The translations under genes and the position numbers were made by a program. Positions 9,689 to 22,411 of a stretch of 64,000 bases of DNA are shown piece by piece. Location: positions 1 to 64,000 of the forward strand of contig JAYZQJ010000133.1 of NCBI GenBank assembly GCA_036149055.1, read 5' to 3'. The stretch's first letter is position 1, and every line of letters begins with the position of its first letter. Source of the stretch: Myxococcota bacterium (GTDB lineage Bacteria > Myxococcota_A > Polyangia > Polyangiales > Sandaracinaceae). The notes under the pieces were generated by a model that was not told the DNA's origin, ran no database searches, and saw only the letters and a list, made by a program, of their open reading frames with translations.

Positions 9689-11103
9689 GCAAGCTCGGAC
9701 GACGGCTGGTGCTGCGCGGCGCGTTCGGCGCGACCCTGGCCCTGCCCTTCCTGGAGAGCGTGGGCCGCCCGGCCGCGCGGGCCGAAGGAGAGGACGCCTC
9801 GTACGCGATCTTCTTCCGCCAGGCGAACGGGGTCGCGACCGCGCGCAGCTCGGTGCTGGGGGACGAGCCGGAGCGCTTCTGGCCGCGCTCGCTCGGCCCG
9901 CTGACCCTCGACTCGGTGCGCGACCGGGCGCTCGACGAGCTGTCGCCCTACCTGTCGAAGCTGCTCGTGGTCGGCAACGTCAACACGCAGGCCTTCGACT
10001 ACGGCGACGGACACGCGCGGGGCGCCCTGCAGTGCCTCACGGCGCGGGGCCCCGTGGTGGCCGGCGCGGGCGGCGGCAGCGAGGCGGCGGGCGAGTCGAT
10101 CGACCATCGCATCGGTCGCCAGCTCAACCCGGACGGCCGCGACAGCTGGTTCATGTACGCGGGTCGCGGCAGCGGCTGGCTCGGCGGCCCGTGCATCTCC
10201 TACCGGGGCCCCGGCGACCGGCGCAGCCCCTTCCACGATCCGAACGAGGCCTACCGCAACCTGGTCGGCGGCGACGCCGGGCTGAGCGCGGAGGCGCAGC
10301 GCCAGATCGCGGAGCGAGGGCGCAGCGTCAACGACCTGGTGCGCACGCAGCTCTCTCGCCTGATGAGCCGCCCCGAGCTCTCGCGCGCCGACAAGGATCG
10401 CGTCGACCTCCACCAGTCCGCCATCCGCGACCTCGAGGTGCGGCTGAGCTGCCAGCTGGACGACGACCGGGTCCGGGCGCTCGAGGGTCTGGGCGCGGCC
10501 CACGAGTCGACGGACGGCGACGAGGTGCTCGCGGCCGCGCGGCTCCACATGGACGTCGCCGCCCTCGCGGTCGCCTGCGGCGTCACCCGCTCGGTCGCCA
10601 TCCAGATCGGCAGCGGCAACGACGGCAGCACCCGCTACCGCGACGCGAGCGGCGGGTTGATGGAGAACTTCCACTTCCTCTCGCACCGCCGCCTCAGCCA
10701 CGGGAGCGACGGCGCGGTCATCGCGGACTCCGACCGCCTCCACCACCAGGTGGATCGCCACTTCGCGGCCACCTTCCGGCACCTGCTCGACCGGCTGAGC
10801 GAGTACGCGATGCCGTCGGGCGCCACGCTGCTCGACTGCGGGGTCTCCTGCTGGCTCAACGACCTCGGCAGCGGCCCGGCGCACGCCCGCAGCGACATCC
10901 CCTGGGTGCTGGCGGGGAGCGCGGGGGGCGCGCTGCGGACCGGCGAGCACGTGGAGCTCGGGGGCGGCAACGACGTCAACCACAACCGCCTGCTCAGCAC
11001 CATCGCGTCGGCGGTCGGCTGCACCAAGGACGGCGGCGAGCCGCTGGACGACTTCGGCGACCCGTCCCTCCCGCGCGGGCTGCTGGGCGAGCTGCTCGCG
11101 TGA
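9685..11103 (+). CDS. DUF1552 domain protein, probably Tat-exported
   Basis: GRRLVLRG..LALPFLES leader; SIDH; ALAVACGVTR; H..SH; usual partner of DUF1592 proteins. Confidence 0.85.
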   Translation: MSKLGRRLVLRGAFGATLALPFLESVGRPAARAEGEDASYAIFFRQANGVATARSSVLGDEPERFWPRSLGPLTLDSVRDRALDELSPYLSKLLVVGNVNTQAFDYGDGHARGALQCLTARGPVVAGAGGGSEAAGESIDHRIGRQLNPDGRDSWFMYAGRGSGWLGGPCISYRGPGDRRSPFHDPNEAYRNLVGGDAGLSAEAQRQIAERGRSVNDLVRTQLSRLMSRPELSRADKDRVDLHQSAIRDLEVRLSCQLDDDRVRALEGLGAAHESTDGDEVLAAARLHMDVAALAVACGVTRSVAIQIGSGNDGSTRYRDASGGLMENFHFLSHRRLSHGSDGAVIADSDRLHHQVDRHFAATFRHLLDRLSEYAMPSGATLLDCGVSCWLNDLGSGPAHARSDIPWVLAGSAGGALRTGEHVELGGGNDVNHNRLLSTIASAVGCTKDGGEPLDDFGDPSLPRGLLGELLA

Positions 11104-12086
11104 GGCGCGCCCTCCTCCTCACGCTGCTCCTCGCCGCCTGCGACGGGGAGACGCCGCCGGACGACGCCGGGGCCGACGCCAGCGCGACGCTGGACGCGGC
11201 GGCCGGCGACGACGCGGGGCACGACGCGAGCCCGGGCCGCGACGCCGGGACCGACGCGGGGGCGCCGATCGATCCTCTCGAGGGCGCCTCCCCGGCCCGC
11301 CTGATCCAGGGCGGCTTCGCCTTCCTCGAGGGACCGCACTGGACCGACGGCGCGCTCCTGTTCACCGACATCCCGCGCTCGACCATTCACCGCCTCACGC
11401 TGCCCGACACCGTCGAGGAGCTCCGCAACCCGAGCGGCGCCGCGAACGGCCTGGCCACCCTCCCCGACGGACGCCTGCTCGCCGCCGAGCACGAGAACCG
11501 CCGGGTGAGCGTCACCGAGGCCGACGGATCGGTGGTGGGCTTCGCGACCGACTTCGAGGGGAGCGCGTTCCACAGCCCGAACGACCTGGCGGTCCGCGCC
11601 GACGGCACCGTCTACTTCAGCGACCCGCCCTACGGGCTCGACGGGCGCCCGCGCGAGCTCGACTTCAACGGCGTCTTCCGGCGCGCGCCCGACGGCGCCC
11701 TCGAGACGGTGTGGCGCGGGGACGCGAGCAGCCGCCCGAACGGCGTGGCGCTCTCGCCCGACGCGTCCGTGCTCTACGTCGCCTACACGGCGGCCGGGCT
11801 GGTGCGCGCCTTCGACGTGGCCGCCGACGGGAGCACGAGCGGGGAGCGCATCTTCGCCGAAGGCACGCCGAACGCCGACGGCATGGCGGTCGACGCGGAC
11901 GGGAACCTCTTCGTCGCCACCGCCGACGGCGTCGTCGCGCTCGCGCCGGACGGCTCGCGGTGGGGCACCCTCGAGGTGCCGGAGACGCCGTCGAACTGCG
12001 CGTTCGGCGGACCGGACGGCCGCACCCTCTTCGTCACCGCCCGCAGCGGGCTCTACGCCTTCGACCTCCGCGTCCCCGGGGCGTGA
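11100..12086 (+). CDS. SMP-30/gluconolactonase family lipoprotein
   Basis: LAAC lipobox; EGPHW, FTDIP, SPNDL, PNGVALSPD, DGMAVD and NCAFGG. Confidence 0.88.
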   Translation: MRRALLLTLLLAACDGETPPDDAGADASATLDAAAGDDAGHDASPGRDAGTDAGAPIDPLEGASPARLIQGGFAFLEGPHWTDGALLFTDIPRSTIHRLTLPDTVEELRNPSGAANGLATLPDGRLLAAEHENRRVSVTEADGSVVGFATDFEGSAFHSPNDLAVRADGTVYFSDPPYGLDGRPRELDFNGVFRRAPDGALETVWRGDASSRPNGVALSPDASVLYVAYTAAGLVRAFDVAADGSTSGERIFAEGTPNADGMAVDADGNLFVATADGVVALAPDGSRWGTLEVPETPSNCAFGGPDGRTLFVTARSGLYAFDLRVPGA

Positions 12087-12181
12087 CCCGGAGCGCGGCG
12101 CGCTCCGACCGGGGGCCCGGATCGCCCGCTCGAACCGGGGGCACGGTTCTGGCGTACCGTTCGGACATGTACAGTCGGGGA

Positions 12182-13129
12182 ATGCGGCTCACACTCTTGC
12201 TCGGCGCGCTCGCGCTCGTCGCCTGTGACGGCGGCGGCGGGGACGGACCTCTCCGGCCCGACGCGGGCCCCGGCACAGGCAGCGGGCGGCGCGACGTCGG
12301 CGAGGCGACCCTGGTCGAGGGCGGGCCGACGAGCGGGGAGCTCTGCGGCGCGCTCCGCGTGGTCGGCGACCTCGAGGTCCCGGAGGGCGAGACGCTGACG
12401 ATCTGCGCCGGCTCGACGGTGGCGCTCGAGGGCGTCTCGATCACGGTCGCGGGCACCCTCCGCCTCGCCGGCACGGCCGACGCGCCGGTGCAGCTCAACG
12501 GCGATCGGCGCTGGGGTGGGATCGCGGTCCGCGGCGCGCTCGAGGCGGACTTCGCCGAGATCTACGACGCCGAGGACGGCGTCCGCGGCGAGGCGGGCTC
12601 GTCCATCCGCCTCGACGACTCGCTCCTCTACGCCCGAGGGCTGAGCAACCTGCGCCTCGCGAACGGCGCCGTCCTCCACCGCACCCGGGTGTTCGGCGGC
12701 GGCACGGTCCGGGTGAGCGGCGGCGTGCTCTCGATGGTCGACGCCGAGCTCGATCTCGATCACCCGGGCGAGTCCCCCGACTGCACGGCGGTGAGCGGCG
12801 GCACCCTGGAGATCGACCACAGCCGCCTCACCAACTGCCACTGCCCGATCCACATCAACGCGGCCGACGCGCCGGTGTCGGTGACGAACAGCGTGCTCGA
12901 CGGCGCCGCCTACCCCGTGATGATCGCGCGCGCGAGCGGCGTGTTTCGGGGCAACGTGCTCGAAGGATCCCGCGCGCATTTCCAGGACATCGGCGGCGAG
13001 ATCGACGTCGACGTCGCCGGCAACTTCTACCTGGGCGACGCCATGCGGCTCGACACGGACGCGCCCGGGCAGTTCCGCGGCGCGGACGACGCGCTGACCG
13101 AGCGCCCCGCGGACGCCGGGCCGCGATGA
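12182..13129 (+). CDS. Lipoprotein with probable parallel beta-helix region
   Basis: LVAC lipobox; VPEGETLTI..G and GTADAPV..WGGI segments typical of beta-helix proteins. Confidence 0.65.
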   Translation: MRLTLLLGALALVACDGGGGDGPLRPDAGPGTGSGRRDVGEATLVEGGPTSGELCGALRVVGDLEVPEGETLTICAGSTVALEGVSITVAGTLRLAGTADAPVQLNGDRRWGGIAVRGALEADFAEIYDAEDGVRGEAGSSIRLDDSLLYARGLSNLRLANGAVLHRTRVFGGGTVRVSGGVLSMVDAELDLDHPGESPDCTAVSGGTLEIDHSRLTNCHCPIHINAADAPVSVTNSVLDGAAYPVMIARASGVFRGNVLEGSRAHFQDIGGEIDVDVAGNFYLGDAMRLDTDAPGQFRGADDALTERPADAGPR

Positions 13130-13584
13130 GCGACGACGAGGCTTTCATGCAGGAGGCGCTCGCCGAGGGGCGCCGCGCGATGCCGGCCTGCCGGCCCAAT
13201 CCGCCGGTGGGCTGCGTGCTCGTGCGGGCGGGCGAGATCGTCGCGCGCGGGCACACCCAGCCGCCCTACCAGCCGCACGCCGAGCCGATGGCGCTGCGGC
13301 AGCTCGAGGGGCCGCTCGGCGACGTGACCGCCTACGTGACCCTGGAGCCGTGCGCGTTTCACCAGCGCACCCCGAGCTGCGCCAAGGAGCTGGTGCGGCG
13401 CGGCGTGGGGCGCGTGGTGGTCGCGATGCTCGACCCGCACCCGAAGAACCGGGGGCGCGGCCTCCAGATGCTCGAAGACGCCGGGATCGAGGTGATCACC
13501 GGCGTCTGCGAGGCGGAGGCGAGGCGAGACCTCGCCATGCTGGTCTGGCAAGAGGGGGACCCAGCCGAGCTGGATCCCGAGTAG
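13126..13584 (+). CDS. ribD: RibD-type pyrimidine deaminase, stand-alone (no reductase domain)
   Basis: PNPPVGCV, HAE, YVTLEPC..RTPSC and DPHP motifs; only 152 aa. Confidence 0.75.
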   Translation: MSDDEAFMQEALAEGRRAMPACRPNPPVGCVLVRAGEIVARGHTQPPYQPHAEPMALRQLEGPLGDVTAYVTLEPCAFHQRTPSCAKELVRRGVGRVVVAMLDPHPKNRGRGLQMLEDAGIEVITGVCEAEARRDLAMLVWQEGDPAELDPE

Positions 13585-13587
13585 TAG

Positions 13588-16347
<2,760 letters not shown>

Positions 16348-16393
16348 GGCGTCGGCGATGTACCACGAGCCAGGGGCCGGATCGACCACCACG

Positions 16394-16425
16394 AAAAACG
16401 CCGCCCGGGGGTCCCCGAGCGGCGT
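16394..16425 (-). terminator. Intrinsic terminator after the cfa-like gene
   Basis: Minus strand ACGCCGCTCGGG..CCCGGGCGGCGT GC stem followed by a T run. Confidence 0.7.
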
Positions 16426-16448
16426 CCCTCAACGGGCTGACCGAGCCC

Positions 16449-17303
16449 TCAGACCTCGCACCAGCGGAGCTTCAGCTGGACGTCGCTGGACCAGTGGGCG
16501 TCGAACGCGCGCACGCAGGTGTCGAGGTAGCGCTCGTAGTCGTCGTAGACCTTGTCGCCCCACTGCTCGCGGATCTTGGCCTCGTTCGCCTGGAGGCGAC
16601 GCAGCCACTCGCCGGTGGTCTTGCCGTAGCTCTCACGCTGGGTGCGCATCTCGACGACCTCCCAGTAGGGACGGATCGCCATGATGAGCTCTTCCAGCCG
16701 CGGGTTGAGGCCGCCGGGGAAGATCACGTCGGCGGTGAACGCCAGGTCCTCGAGGTCCTTGCGGGTGCGCGGCACGCGATCGCGGAGGATCGCCTGGCAA
16801 GCGAACCAGGCGCCGGGCTTCACGAAGGAGTGACAACGCTTGAAGTACTCCCGGTAGAGATCGACCGCCTTGCCCTGACGGGCCTGCTCGGGAGAGCAGA
16901 TGTGGTCGATCATCTCGATCGACACGAGCGCGTCGTACTTCTCCTCCGGCTCGTAGTCGTGGAAGTCCATCAGCTTCGCGGTCACGCCGGGGAGCTTCCG
17001 GTCGTTGATCCACTCCGCCTGCGCGGTCGAGAGCGTGATGCCGTGGGACCGCTTCACCCCGCGTGAAGCCAGGTACTCCAGGTTCGATCCCCAGCCACAG
17101 CCGATGTCGAGGATCAGCTTGTCCTCGTTCATCTCGGCGTAGTCGTAGAGGATGCGGCACTTGTTGAGCTGCGCCTCCTCCAGGGTCTCCTCCCCAGTGA
17201 AGTAGCTCGCCGAGGTGTAGTGCATGCCCTCGTCGAGCCACAGCCGGAAGAAGTCGTTGGAGACGCTGTAGGACTCGTCGATCTCGCTCTGCGTGGACGT
17301 CAT
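16449..17303 (-). CDS. Cyclopropane-fatty-acid/mycolic-acid synthase family methyltransferase
   Basis: YSVSNDFFRLWLD, LEEAQLNK, ILDIGCGWG, GITLS..Q, VSIEM and IFPGG. Confidence 0.88.
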   Translation of the reverse strand: MTSTQSEIDESYSVSNDFFRLWLDEGMHYTSASYFTGEETLEEAQLNKCRILYDYAEMNEDKLILDIGCGWGSNLEYLASRGVKRSHGITLSTAQAEWINDRKLPGVTAKLMDFHDYEPEEKYDALVSIEMIDHICSPEQARQGKAVDLYREYFKRCHSFVKPGAWFACQAILRDRVPRTRKDLEDLAFTADVIFPGGLNPRLEELIMAIRPYWEVVEMRTQRESYGKTTGEWLRRLQANEAKIREQWGDKVYDDYERYLDTCVRAFDAHWSSDVQLKLRWCEV

Positions 17304-17474
17304 GGGCGGGCAGCATGTACCGATCGCCCCGCGCCTTCCACCCCAAAAACGCCCCGGACGTCCCCATCCGAGGACAGCGATCGGCGGTTGCTTTCGCGGG
17401 CGTCGGCTTCGTGGTAGAGCGGTCTTCGACGTTTCGGAGCCGGATTCAAACGTACTTTCAGTGGGAGGACGCGC

Positions 17475-17933
17475 GTGGCGAGAAGTCGAAAGACGAGCAA
17501 GACCAAGAGCGGCGGACGCGGCAGCAAAGAGGCGATCGCCAAGCGACGCGCGGCGCGGCAGCTCAATCAGCTCTTCAGCGAGGGTGGCAACCGCGGACGT
17601 GGCCTCGACGGCCGCACCGAGAAGCGCCGCCAGCGGCTCCTCAAGGAGCTGAAAGAAGGCAAGAAGGGCAAGCCCCTGAAGGCCATCGAGGTCCTCACTC
17701 ACACCCACGAGCTGCTGGAGCTCGGTGAGACGATCACCTCGATCAAGAAGACCGGCGCCAAGCCGGTGAAGGCGGAGCTGAACGCCGAGGACATGGAGAT
17801 CGTCGAGGCGACCCAGAAGGAGTACGGCTTCCGCGAGGACGCGTGGAAGATGCTCGGGGTGAGCCTCGGGAGCGCGGGTCGCGGCGCCAAGAAGAAGACC
17901 GCCAAGAAGACGCGTCGCAAGAAGACGTCGTAG
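17475..17933 (+). CDS. Highly basic hypothetical protein
   Basis: GGAGG then GTG start; K/R-rich termini; GC-ending codon usage. Confidence 0.8.
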   Translation: MARSRKTSKTKSGGRGSKEAIAKRRAARQLNQLFSEGGNRGRGLDGRTEKRRQRLLKELKEGKKGKPLKAIEVLTHTHELLELGETITSIKKTGAKPVKAELNAEDMEIVEATQKEYGFREDAWKMLGVSLGSAGRGAKKKTAKKTRRKKTS

Positions 17934-17945
17934 CTTCGATCGGGC

Positions 17946-17973
17946 TGGACAGCCCCGCCGAGTCTGGTATAGC
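17946..17973 (+). promoter_or_regulatory. Putative sigma70-type promoter of tRNA-Cys
   Basis: TGGACA-16 bp-TATAGC with an extended TGn, 22 bp upstream of the tRNA. Confidence 0.4.
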
Positions 17974-17995
17974 TCCCAGCCTCCCTCAGGGGAGT

Positions 17996-18067
17996 GGCGC
18001 CGTAGCCAAGTGGTAAGGCAGAGGTTTGCAAAACCTCCATTCACCGGTTCGAATCCGGTCGGCGCCT
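17996..18067 (+). tRNA. tRNA-Cys(GCA), CCA end not encoded
   Basis: Acceptor stem GGCGCCG/CGGCGCC; D arm GCCAAGTGGTAAGGC; anticodon arm GAGGT-TTGCAAA-ACCTC; T arm ACCGG-TTCGAAT-CCGGT. Confidence 0.96.
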
Positions 18068-18322
18068 GTTCCTTGCTGGGAGGGGCTTTCAGCCCCTCCC
18101 CCCCGCTGCGCCGTCAGACCTGTCACCGCTCCGGGTGCTCCGCACCCTCCGCAGTGACGGGTCAGTCGGCTTCACGGGGCCCCCCCACCCAATTCCGCGC
18201 CCCTCGCTTCGCTCGGGCGCGACCCCAGCGCGGGGCGCGGGGGGCCCTGCGGCTCGCGCTCGCGCGGCGCGCGAGCTGGCCGCCCGTTGCCGCGGGATCG
18301 AACCGGGCGAAGTGGTTCGTGC

Positions 18323-18498
18323 GGCGACCTCGCTCCGCTCGTCGCCTTCCGGGGTCGTGCGGCGACTTCGCTGCGCTCGTCACCTGCCGTTGGCGGAGGG
18401 CGACCTCGCTCCGCTCGTCGCCTGCCGGGGTCGTGCGGCGACTTCGCTGCGCTCGTCGCCTGCCGTTGGCGGAGGGCGACCTCGCTCCACTCGTCGCC
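18323..18498 (+). repeat. Five REP-like 24-bp palindromes with an exact 38-bp period
   Basis: GGCGACYTCGCTSCRCTCGTCRCC at 18323, 18361, 18399, 18437 and 18475; two 14-bp linkers alternate. Confidence 0.9.
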
Positions 18499-18554
18499 TC
18501 GTGCGCCGCCTTACGCCATCCCCGTCGGTGCTGCGCCTCCGCCGGGCTCCGGGG

Positions 18555-18797
18555 CTCGGTGTCGGACGGCGGACTCGGGTTCGGACGGCGGACTCGGGTT
18601 CGGTGTCGGACTCGGGTTCGGGGTCGGACTCGGGTTCGGGGGCGGACTCGGGTTCGGGGTCGGACTCGGGTTCGGGGTCGGACTCGGGCTCGGTGTCGGA
18701 CTCGGGCTCGGTGTCGGACTCGGGTTCGGTGTCGGACTCGGGTTCGGGGTCGGACTCGGGTTCGGGGGCGGACTCGGGTTCGGGGTCGGACTCGGGT
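18555..18797 (+). repeat. Degenerate hexamer tandem repeat (TCGGNN)n
   Basis: TCGGAC/TCGGGT/TCGGGG/TCGGTG units with an 18-bp higher-order period. Confidence 0.9.
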
Positions 18798-18857
18798 GGG
18801 TCGCCGGCTCGGCCTGCCCGAAGGGCACGCTCGGCTCTTGGCTGCTAACTACAGAGC

Positions 18858-19661
18858 ATGCGCTTGGCTTTGGTGGTCGTTCTCGCCTTCTCCTTCGGCT
18901 TGGGCTGTGATGGCGAGGGGGGCGAGGACGCGGGGGCGGACTCGGGGATCGATGCGGGGATCCGGGACGCGGAGGCTCCGGATGCGCCGCCGCCGATGTG
19001 TGAGCCGGGCTGTGAGGACGCGGAGACTTGCTGCGCGGACCCCGGGGGCGGGGAGAACGCTTGCTACGCGCTCCGCACCGATCCGGAGCACTGCGGGACG
19101 TGCGGGACGAACTGCGTCGCCTCGAACCGCGGCGACGGGTGCCGGTCGAGTCAGTGCACCTGCGGCGACGACTCGTTGGGGTGCCGCGGGACCCTCGAGG
19201 ACTTCTGCTGCCCGCCGCGCGAGGACGGGGGGCAGGCCTACTGCGCCAACCTCGCGCTGTCGGCGACCGACTGCGGGGGGTGCGACTCGGCGTGTGATCT
19301 GCGGCGGTCGGACCGCTGCGACGGGGGGCGCTGCGTGTGCGGGCTGGCCCGGGAGCCCTGCGAGGGGACGCCGGAGTCGACGTGCTGCGTGGACGAGCCC
19401 GACATCGGCTGCGTGGACACCACGTCCGATCGTTTCCACTGCGGGGAGTGCAACAACCTCTGCCAGGGGGGCGAGCGCTGCGAGGACGGGACCTGCACGC
19501 GCGGGGGCGCCTCCTGCGGGGGCTGCGCGCTCGGAGAGGTGTGCTGCGATGGCGCCTGCTGCTCGCGCCGGGAGTGCCTCGCGGGGACGTGCGGCGCGAC
19601 GCCCGACGCCGGGGCCCCGGACGCGGGCGCCCCCGACGCAGGCGCGCCGGACGCCGGTTGA
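18858..19661 (+). CDS. Cys-rich repeat lipoprotein
   Basis: GLGC lipobox; three CC..C..(H/D)CGxCxxxC repeats; about 39 Cys; PDAGA tail. Confidence 0.8.
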   Translation: MRLALVVVLAFSFGLGCDGEGGEDAGADSGIDAGIRDAEAPDAPPPMCEPGCEDAETCCADPGGGENACYALRTDPEHCGTCGTNCVASNRGDGCRSSQCTCGDDSLGCRGTLEDFCCPPREDGGQAYCANLALSATDCGGCDSACDLRRSDRCDGGRCVCGLAREPCEGTPESTCCVDEPDIGCVDTTSDRFHCGECNNLCQGGERCEDGTCTRGGASCGGCALGEVCCDGACCSRRECLAGTCGATPDAGAPDAGAPDAGAPDAG

Positions 19662-19694
19662 CGGGGCGACCCGGCGCTTTGCTCACGTTCGTCG

Positions 19695-20639
19695 TCAGAG
19701 CCGGACGCCGCGGACGACGCGGAGCGCTCCGCCGGCGCGCTTGCCGACCGCGCATAGCTGCCCGGACGGGGCCAGCAGCGCGACCGGCTCGCAGCCGTCG
19801 GGGACCGCCTCGGCGCCGCTCGCGTGACGCAGCGCGATGGCCCGACCGTGCGCGGCGTCGGTCTCCCCGCGCTCGTCGAGGGTCACCCGCGGCATGCCGC
19901 GGCAGGCGGCGGCGAGCTCCAGCAGCCGGGCCCGCGCCTCGGCCCTCGCGGCCTCGTCGGGCGCTTCCCGGTCCGCGGCGCGCGCGAGCGCCTCTCCGTC
20001 GAACGCCTCGTCCAGCCCGAAGGGACCGCTCTGGACGCGACGCAGCGCCACCAGGTGACCGCGGGTGCCCATCGCGCGAGCGAGATCGCCGCCGAGCGAG
20101 CGCACGTAGAAGCCCTTGGACGCCTCGACCTCGAGGTCGATCGCGTCGGGCCGGACCGCGAGGATCTCGAGCCGACGCACCGTCACCTGGCGCTCGGGCG
20201 CTTCGACCGCCTCGCCGCGCCGGGCGCGCGCGTGGAGCGGCTCGCCGTCCACCTTGATTGCGCTGAAGATCGGCGGGCGCTGGGTGATCGTGCCGACGAA
20301 GGCCTCGGCCGCCCGGCGCGCGTCCTCGAGCGTGAAGGGCGGGACCTCGGCGCGCTCGACGACCTCGCCTTCGGCGTCGAGGCTGTCGGTCTCCGCGCCG
20401 AGCGACACGGTCGCCCGGTAGATCTTGTCGTCGTCGGTGAGCCAGCGGACGAGCTTGGTGCCCTCCCCGACCGCGAGGACCAGGACGCCGGTGGCCATCG
20501 GATCCAGCGTGCCCGCGTGCCCGACCGCGCGGGTCCCCAGCGCGCGCCGCGCCCAGGCCACGACGTCGTGCGAGGTCGGCCCCTTCGGCTTGTCGACCAC
20601 GAGCACGCCGTGGACGTCGCCCTTCTTCTTGCGCGCCAT
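19695..20639 (-). CDS. truB: tRNA pseudouridine(55) synthase
   Basis: [35 protein letters not shown] and SKGFYVRSL. Confidence 0.95.
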   Translation of the reverse strand: MARKKKGDVHGVLVVDKPKGPTSHDVVAWARRALGTRAVGHAGTLDPMATGVLVLAVGEGTKLVRWLTDDDKIYRATVSLGAETDSLDAEGEVVERAEVPPFTLEDARRAAEAFVGTITQRPPIFSAIKVDGEPLHARARRGEAVEAPERQVTVRRLEILAVRPDAIDLEVEASKGFYVRSLGGDLARAMGTRGHLVALRRVQSGPFGLDEAFDGEALARAADREAPDEAARAEARARLLELAAACRGMPRVTLDERGETDAAHGRAIALRHASGAEAVPDGCEPVALLAPSGQLCAVGKRAGGALRVVRGVRL

Positions 20640-21604
20640 CAGTCGCCGTCGAGGAGCCGCGCGGCGAGGTCGACGACCTTCACCTCGGTGGCCTTCAGGT
20701 CGTCGGGCACGTTCGCGCCCGCCGCCGAGCGATGCCCGCCGCCGTCGAGCGCCGCGGCGATCCGGGAGACGTCGGCGTCGCCGCTCGAGCGCAGGCTCAC
20801 CTTCGTCTCGCGCTTGCCGTCCTTCTCCATCTCCCAGAGGAGCGCGGCGATCTCGACGCCCTCGAGCATGCGACCGTAGTTGACCATCCCCTCGACCATC
20901 TCGTCGTCGGCCTCGAGCCGGGCGAGCATCTCGCGGGTGACCCGCTGGAGCGCGAGGCGCCCGTCGAGGAGGACCTCCATGTCGTCCAGGATGGCGCCGA
21001 GCAGCTTCATCCGCGCCGGCTCCCAGCCCTCGAAGAGGTGATAGGCGGTGTCCCACGGCACCGCCCCCGCCTCCACCAGCTCGGCCGCGAGCCGGAGCGT
21101 CTCGGGGCTGGTGGCCGGGTAGCGAAAGCCCCCGGTGTCGGCGACGATCGCGGCGTAGAGCGGCGCGGCCACGCCGGGCGGGAAGCCCTCGATGCCGAGC
21201 TCCCGCATCACCCGGACGACGACCACCCCGGTCGCCGCCGCGTCGGGCTCGCGGAGGATCACGTCGCCGAAGTCGTCGTGCGCCGCGTGGTGGTCGAACA
21301 TCACGACCGGCCCCTCGAGGCCGTCGGGCATCGCCGGCACGAGCGCGCGCGCGGCCGCGTCCATCACGAAGCAGGCGTCGAAGGTCCCGGTCGGCGGAAC
21401 GCGCTCGACCTCCGCGATCGCCAGGAACCGCAGCATGCGCGGCGGCGGATCCACGCTGTAGACCACGGCCTCCTTGCCGATGGAGCGCAGCGCCGCCGCC
21501 CACCCGAGCGCGGAGCCGAGCGCGTCCGCGTCGGGCCGGCGATGACACGTCACCGCGAAGCGCCGCCCCTCCCGCACCACCCGCAGCGCGTCCTCGCGGC
21601 TCAC
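20639..21604 (-). CDS. nrnA: DHH/DHHA1 phosphoesterase (NrnA-like)
   Basis: [24 protein letters not shown] and GGGHRSAAG. Confidence 0.88.
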   Translation of the reverse strand: MSREDALRVVREGRRFAVTCHRRPDADALGSALGWAAALRSIGKEAVVYSVDPPPRMLRFLAIAEVERVPPTGTFDACFVMDAAARALVPAMPDGLEGPVVMFDHHAAHDDFGDVILREPDAAATGVVVVRVMRELGIEGFPPGVAAPLYAAIVADTGGFRYPATSPETLRLAAELVEAGAVPWDTAYHLFEGWEPARMKLLGAILDDMEVLLDGRLALQRVTREMLARLEADDEMVEGMVNYGRMLEGVEIAALLWEMEKDGKRETKVSLRSSGDADVSRIAAALDGGGHRSAAGANVPDDLKATEVKVVDLAARLLDGD

Positions 21605-21975
21605 GCGTCGTCCTCCTGCCGGATCTCCTCGAGCAGCTCCTCGACCCGCTGCGCGCGCTCGGTCGTCTCGTCCCAGAAGAACTTCAGCTCCGGTGTGTAC
21701 CGGATCTGCAGCCGCTGGCCGAGCTCGCGCCGGAGGAACCCCGAGGCCCGCTCCAGCCCGCGCATCAGCCGCTTCACCCGCGACGCCCCCGGCTCGAGCT
21801 CGCCGAGCCGGACGTAGATCTTCGCGTGCCGGAGATCCTTCGAGACGATCACCTCGTGCACCACCGCCCCGGACACCCCGGGGTCCTTCACCGCGCCGGT
21901 GAGCAGCAGCTCCATCAGCTCTGCCCGGATCCGCTCGCCGACCCGCCCGGGTCGTCCGCCGTCAGTCTTCGCCAT
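21601..21975 (-). CDS. rbfA: Ribosome-binding factor A
   Basis: RVGERIR, VKDP, VSKDLRHAKIYV, GFLRRELG and RYTPELKF. Confidence 0.93.
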   Translation of the reverse strand: MAKTDGGRPGRVGERIRAELMELLLTGAVKDPGVSGAVVHEVIVSKDLRHAKIYVRLGELEPGASRVKRLMRGLERASGFLRRELGQRLQIRYTPELKFFWDETTERAQRVEELLEEIRQEDDA

Positions 21976-22366
21976 CGTCCTCACCAGCTTCCAGCCAAGC
22001 CTCTTCCGCGTCGAGGTCCCAGTCCGCCGCCATGCCCCCCAGGGACGGGCCGCCGACCGCGCTCATGTGCTCCCCGTCCCCGAGGTGAACGATCTCGAGC
22101 GATCGCTCCACCAGCGGCGCGTCCGTCGAGCCCTGCACCTGCCCGATCACCGCGTCGATCATCGAAGACGCGTGGCTCGCCGAGTTGCTCACCACCGCCA
22201 TCCCGAGCACCGCCCGGCGATGCACGTCCATGTCGGCCACCTCCGCGATGGCCACGTTGAACCGGTGCCGCACCCGATCGATCACCCGGCGCACCACCTT
22301 GCGTTTCCCCTTCAGGGAGTCGTTCCCGTGCAGAGCCAGGACGATTCGAGCCACCGCGATCACCAT
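21962..22366 (-). CDS. DUF503 (YlxP-like) protein
   Basis: SLKGKRKVV and RFNVAIAEV motifs; position directly upstream of rbfA. Confidence 0.88.
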   Translation of the reverse strand: MVIAVARIVLALHGNDSLKGKRKVVRRVIDRVRHRFNVAIAEVADMDVHRRAVLGMAVVSNSASHASSMIDAVIGQVQGSTDAPLVERSLEIVHLGDGEHMSAVGGPSLGGMAADWDLDAEEAWLEAGEDDGED

Positions 22367-22411
22367 GGAGCCACCCAGAGCGCAGAGCGCCCCCTCCGAA
22401 GGATGAGGCGC

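Larger units (their letters stand above)
18073..18797 (+). repeat. Composite structured repeat element, copy A
   Basis: Colinear with the reverse complement of 22412-23233: hairpin scaffold, five 24-bp palindromes, then a hexamer tract. Confidence 0.9.

Noticed and set aside
16394..16425. Hairpin upstream of acnA as an iron-responsive element
   Set aside because: It has no CAGUG loop, and the T run fits a terminator of the upstream gene.
17996..18067. tRNA-Cys as an integration site for an island or prophage
   Set aside because: I noticed no integrase and no duplicated tRNA 3' end, and core genes follow.
18323..18498. Five regularly spaced palindromic repeats resembling a CRISPR array (also 22784-22965)
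   Set aside because: The linkers are only 14-18 bp and recur within and between arrays. There is no AT-rich leader and no cas gene in the window.
18135..18848. ORFs encoding SD/SG or GLGFGV repeats (also 22360-23151 and 21899-22783), resembling Sdr adhesins
   Set aside because: They are by-products of stop-free hexamer DNA open in several frames, with no signal peptide, RBS or folded domain.
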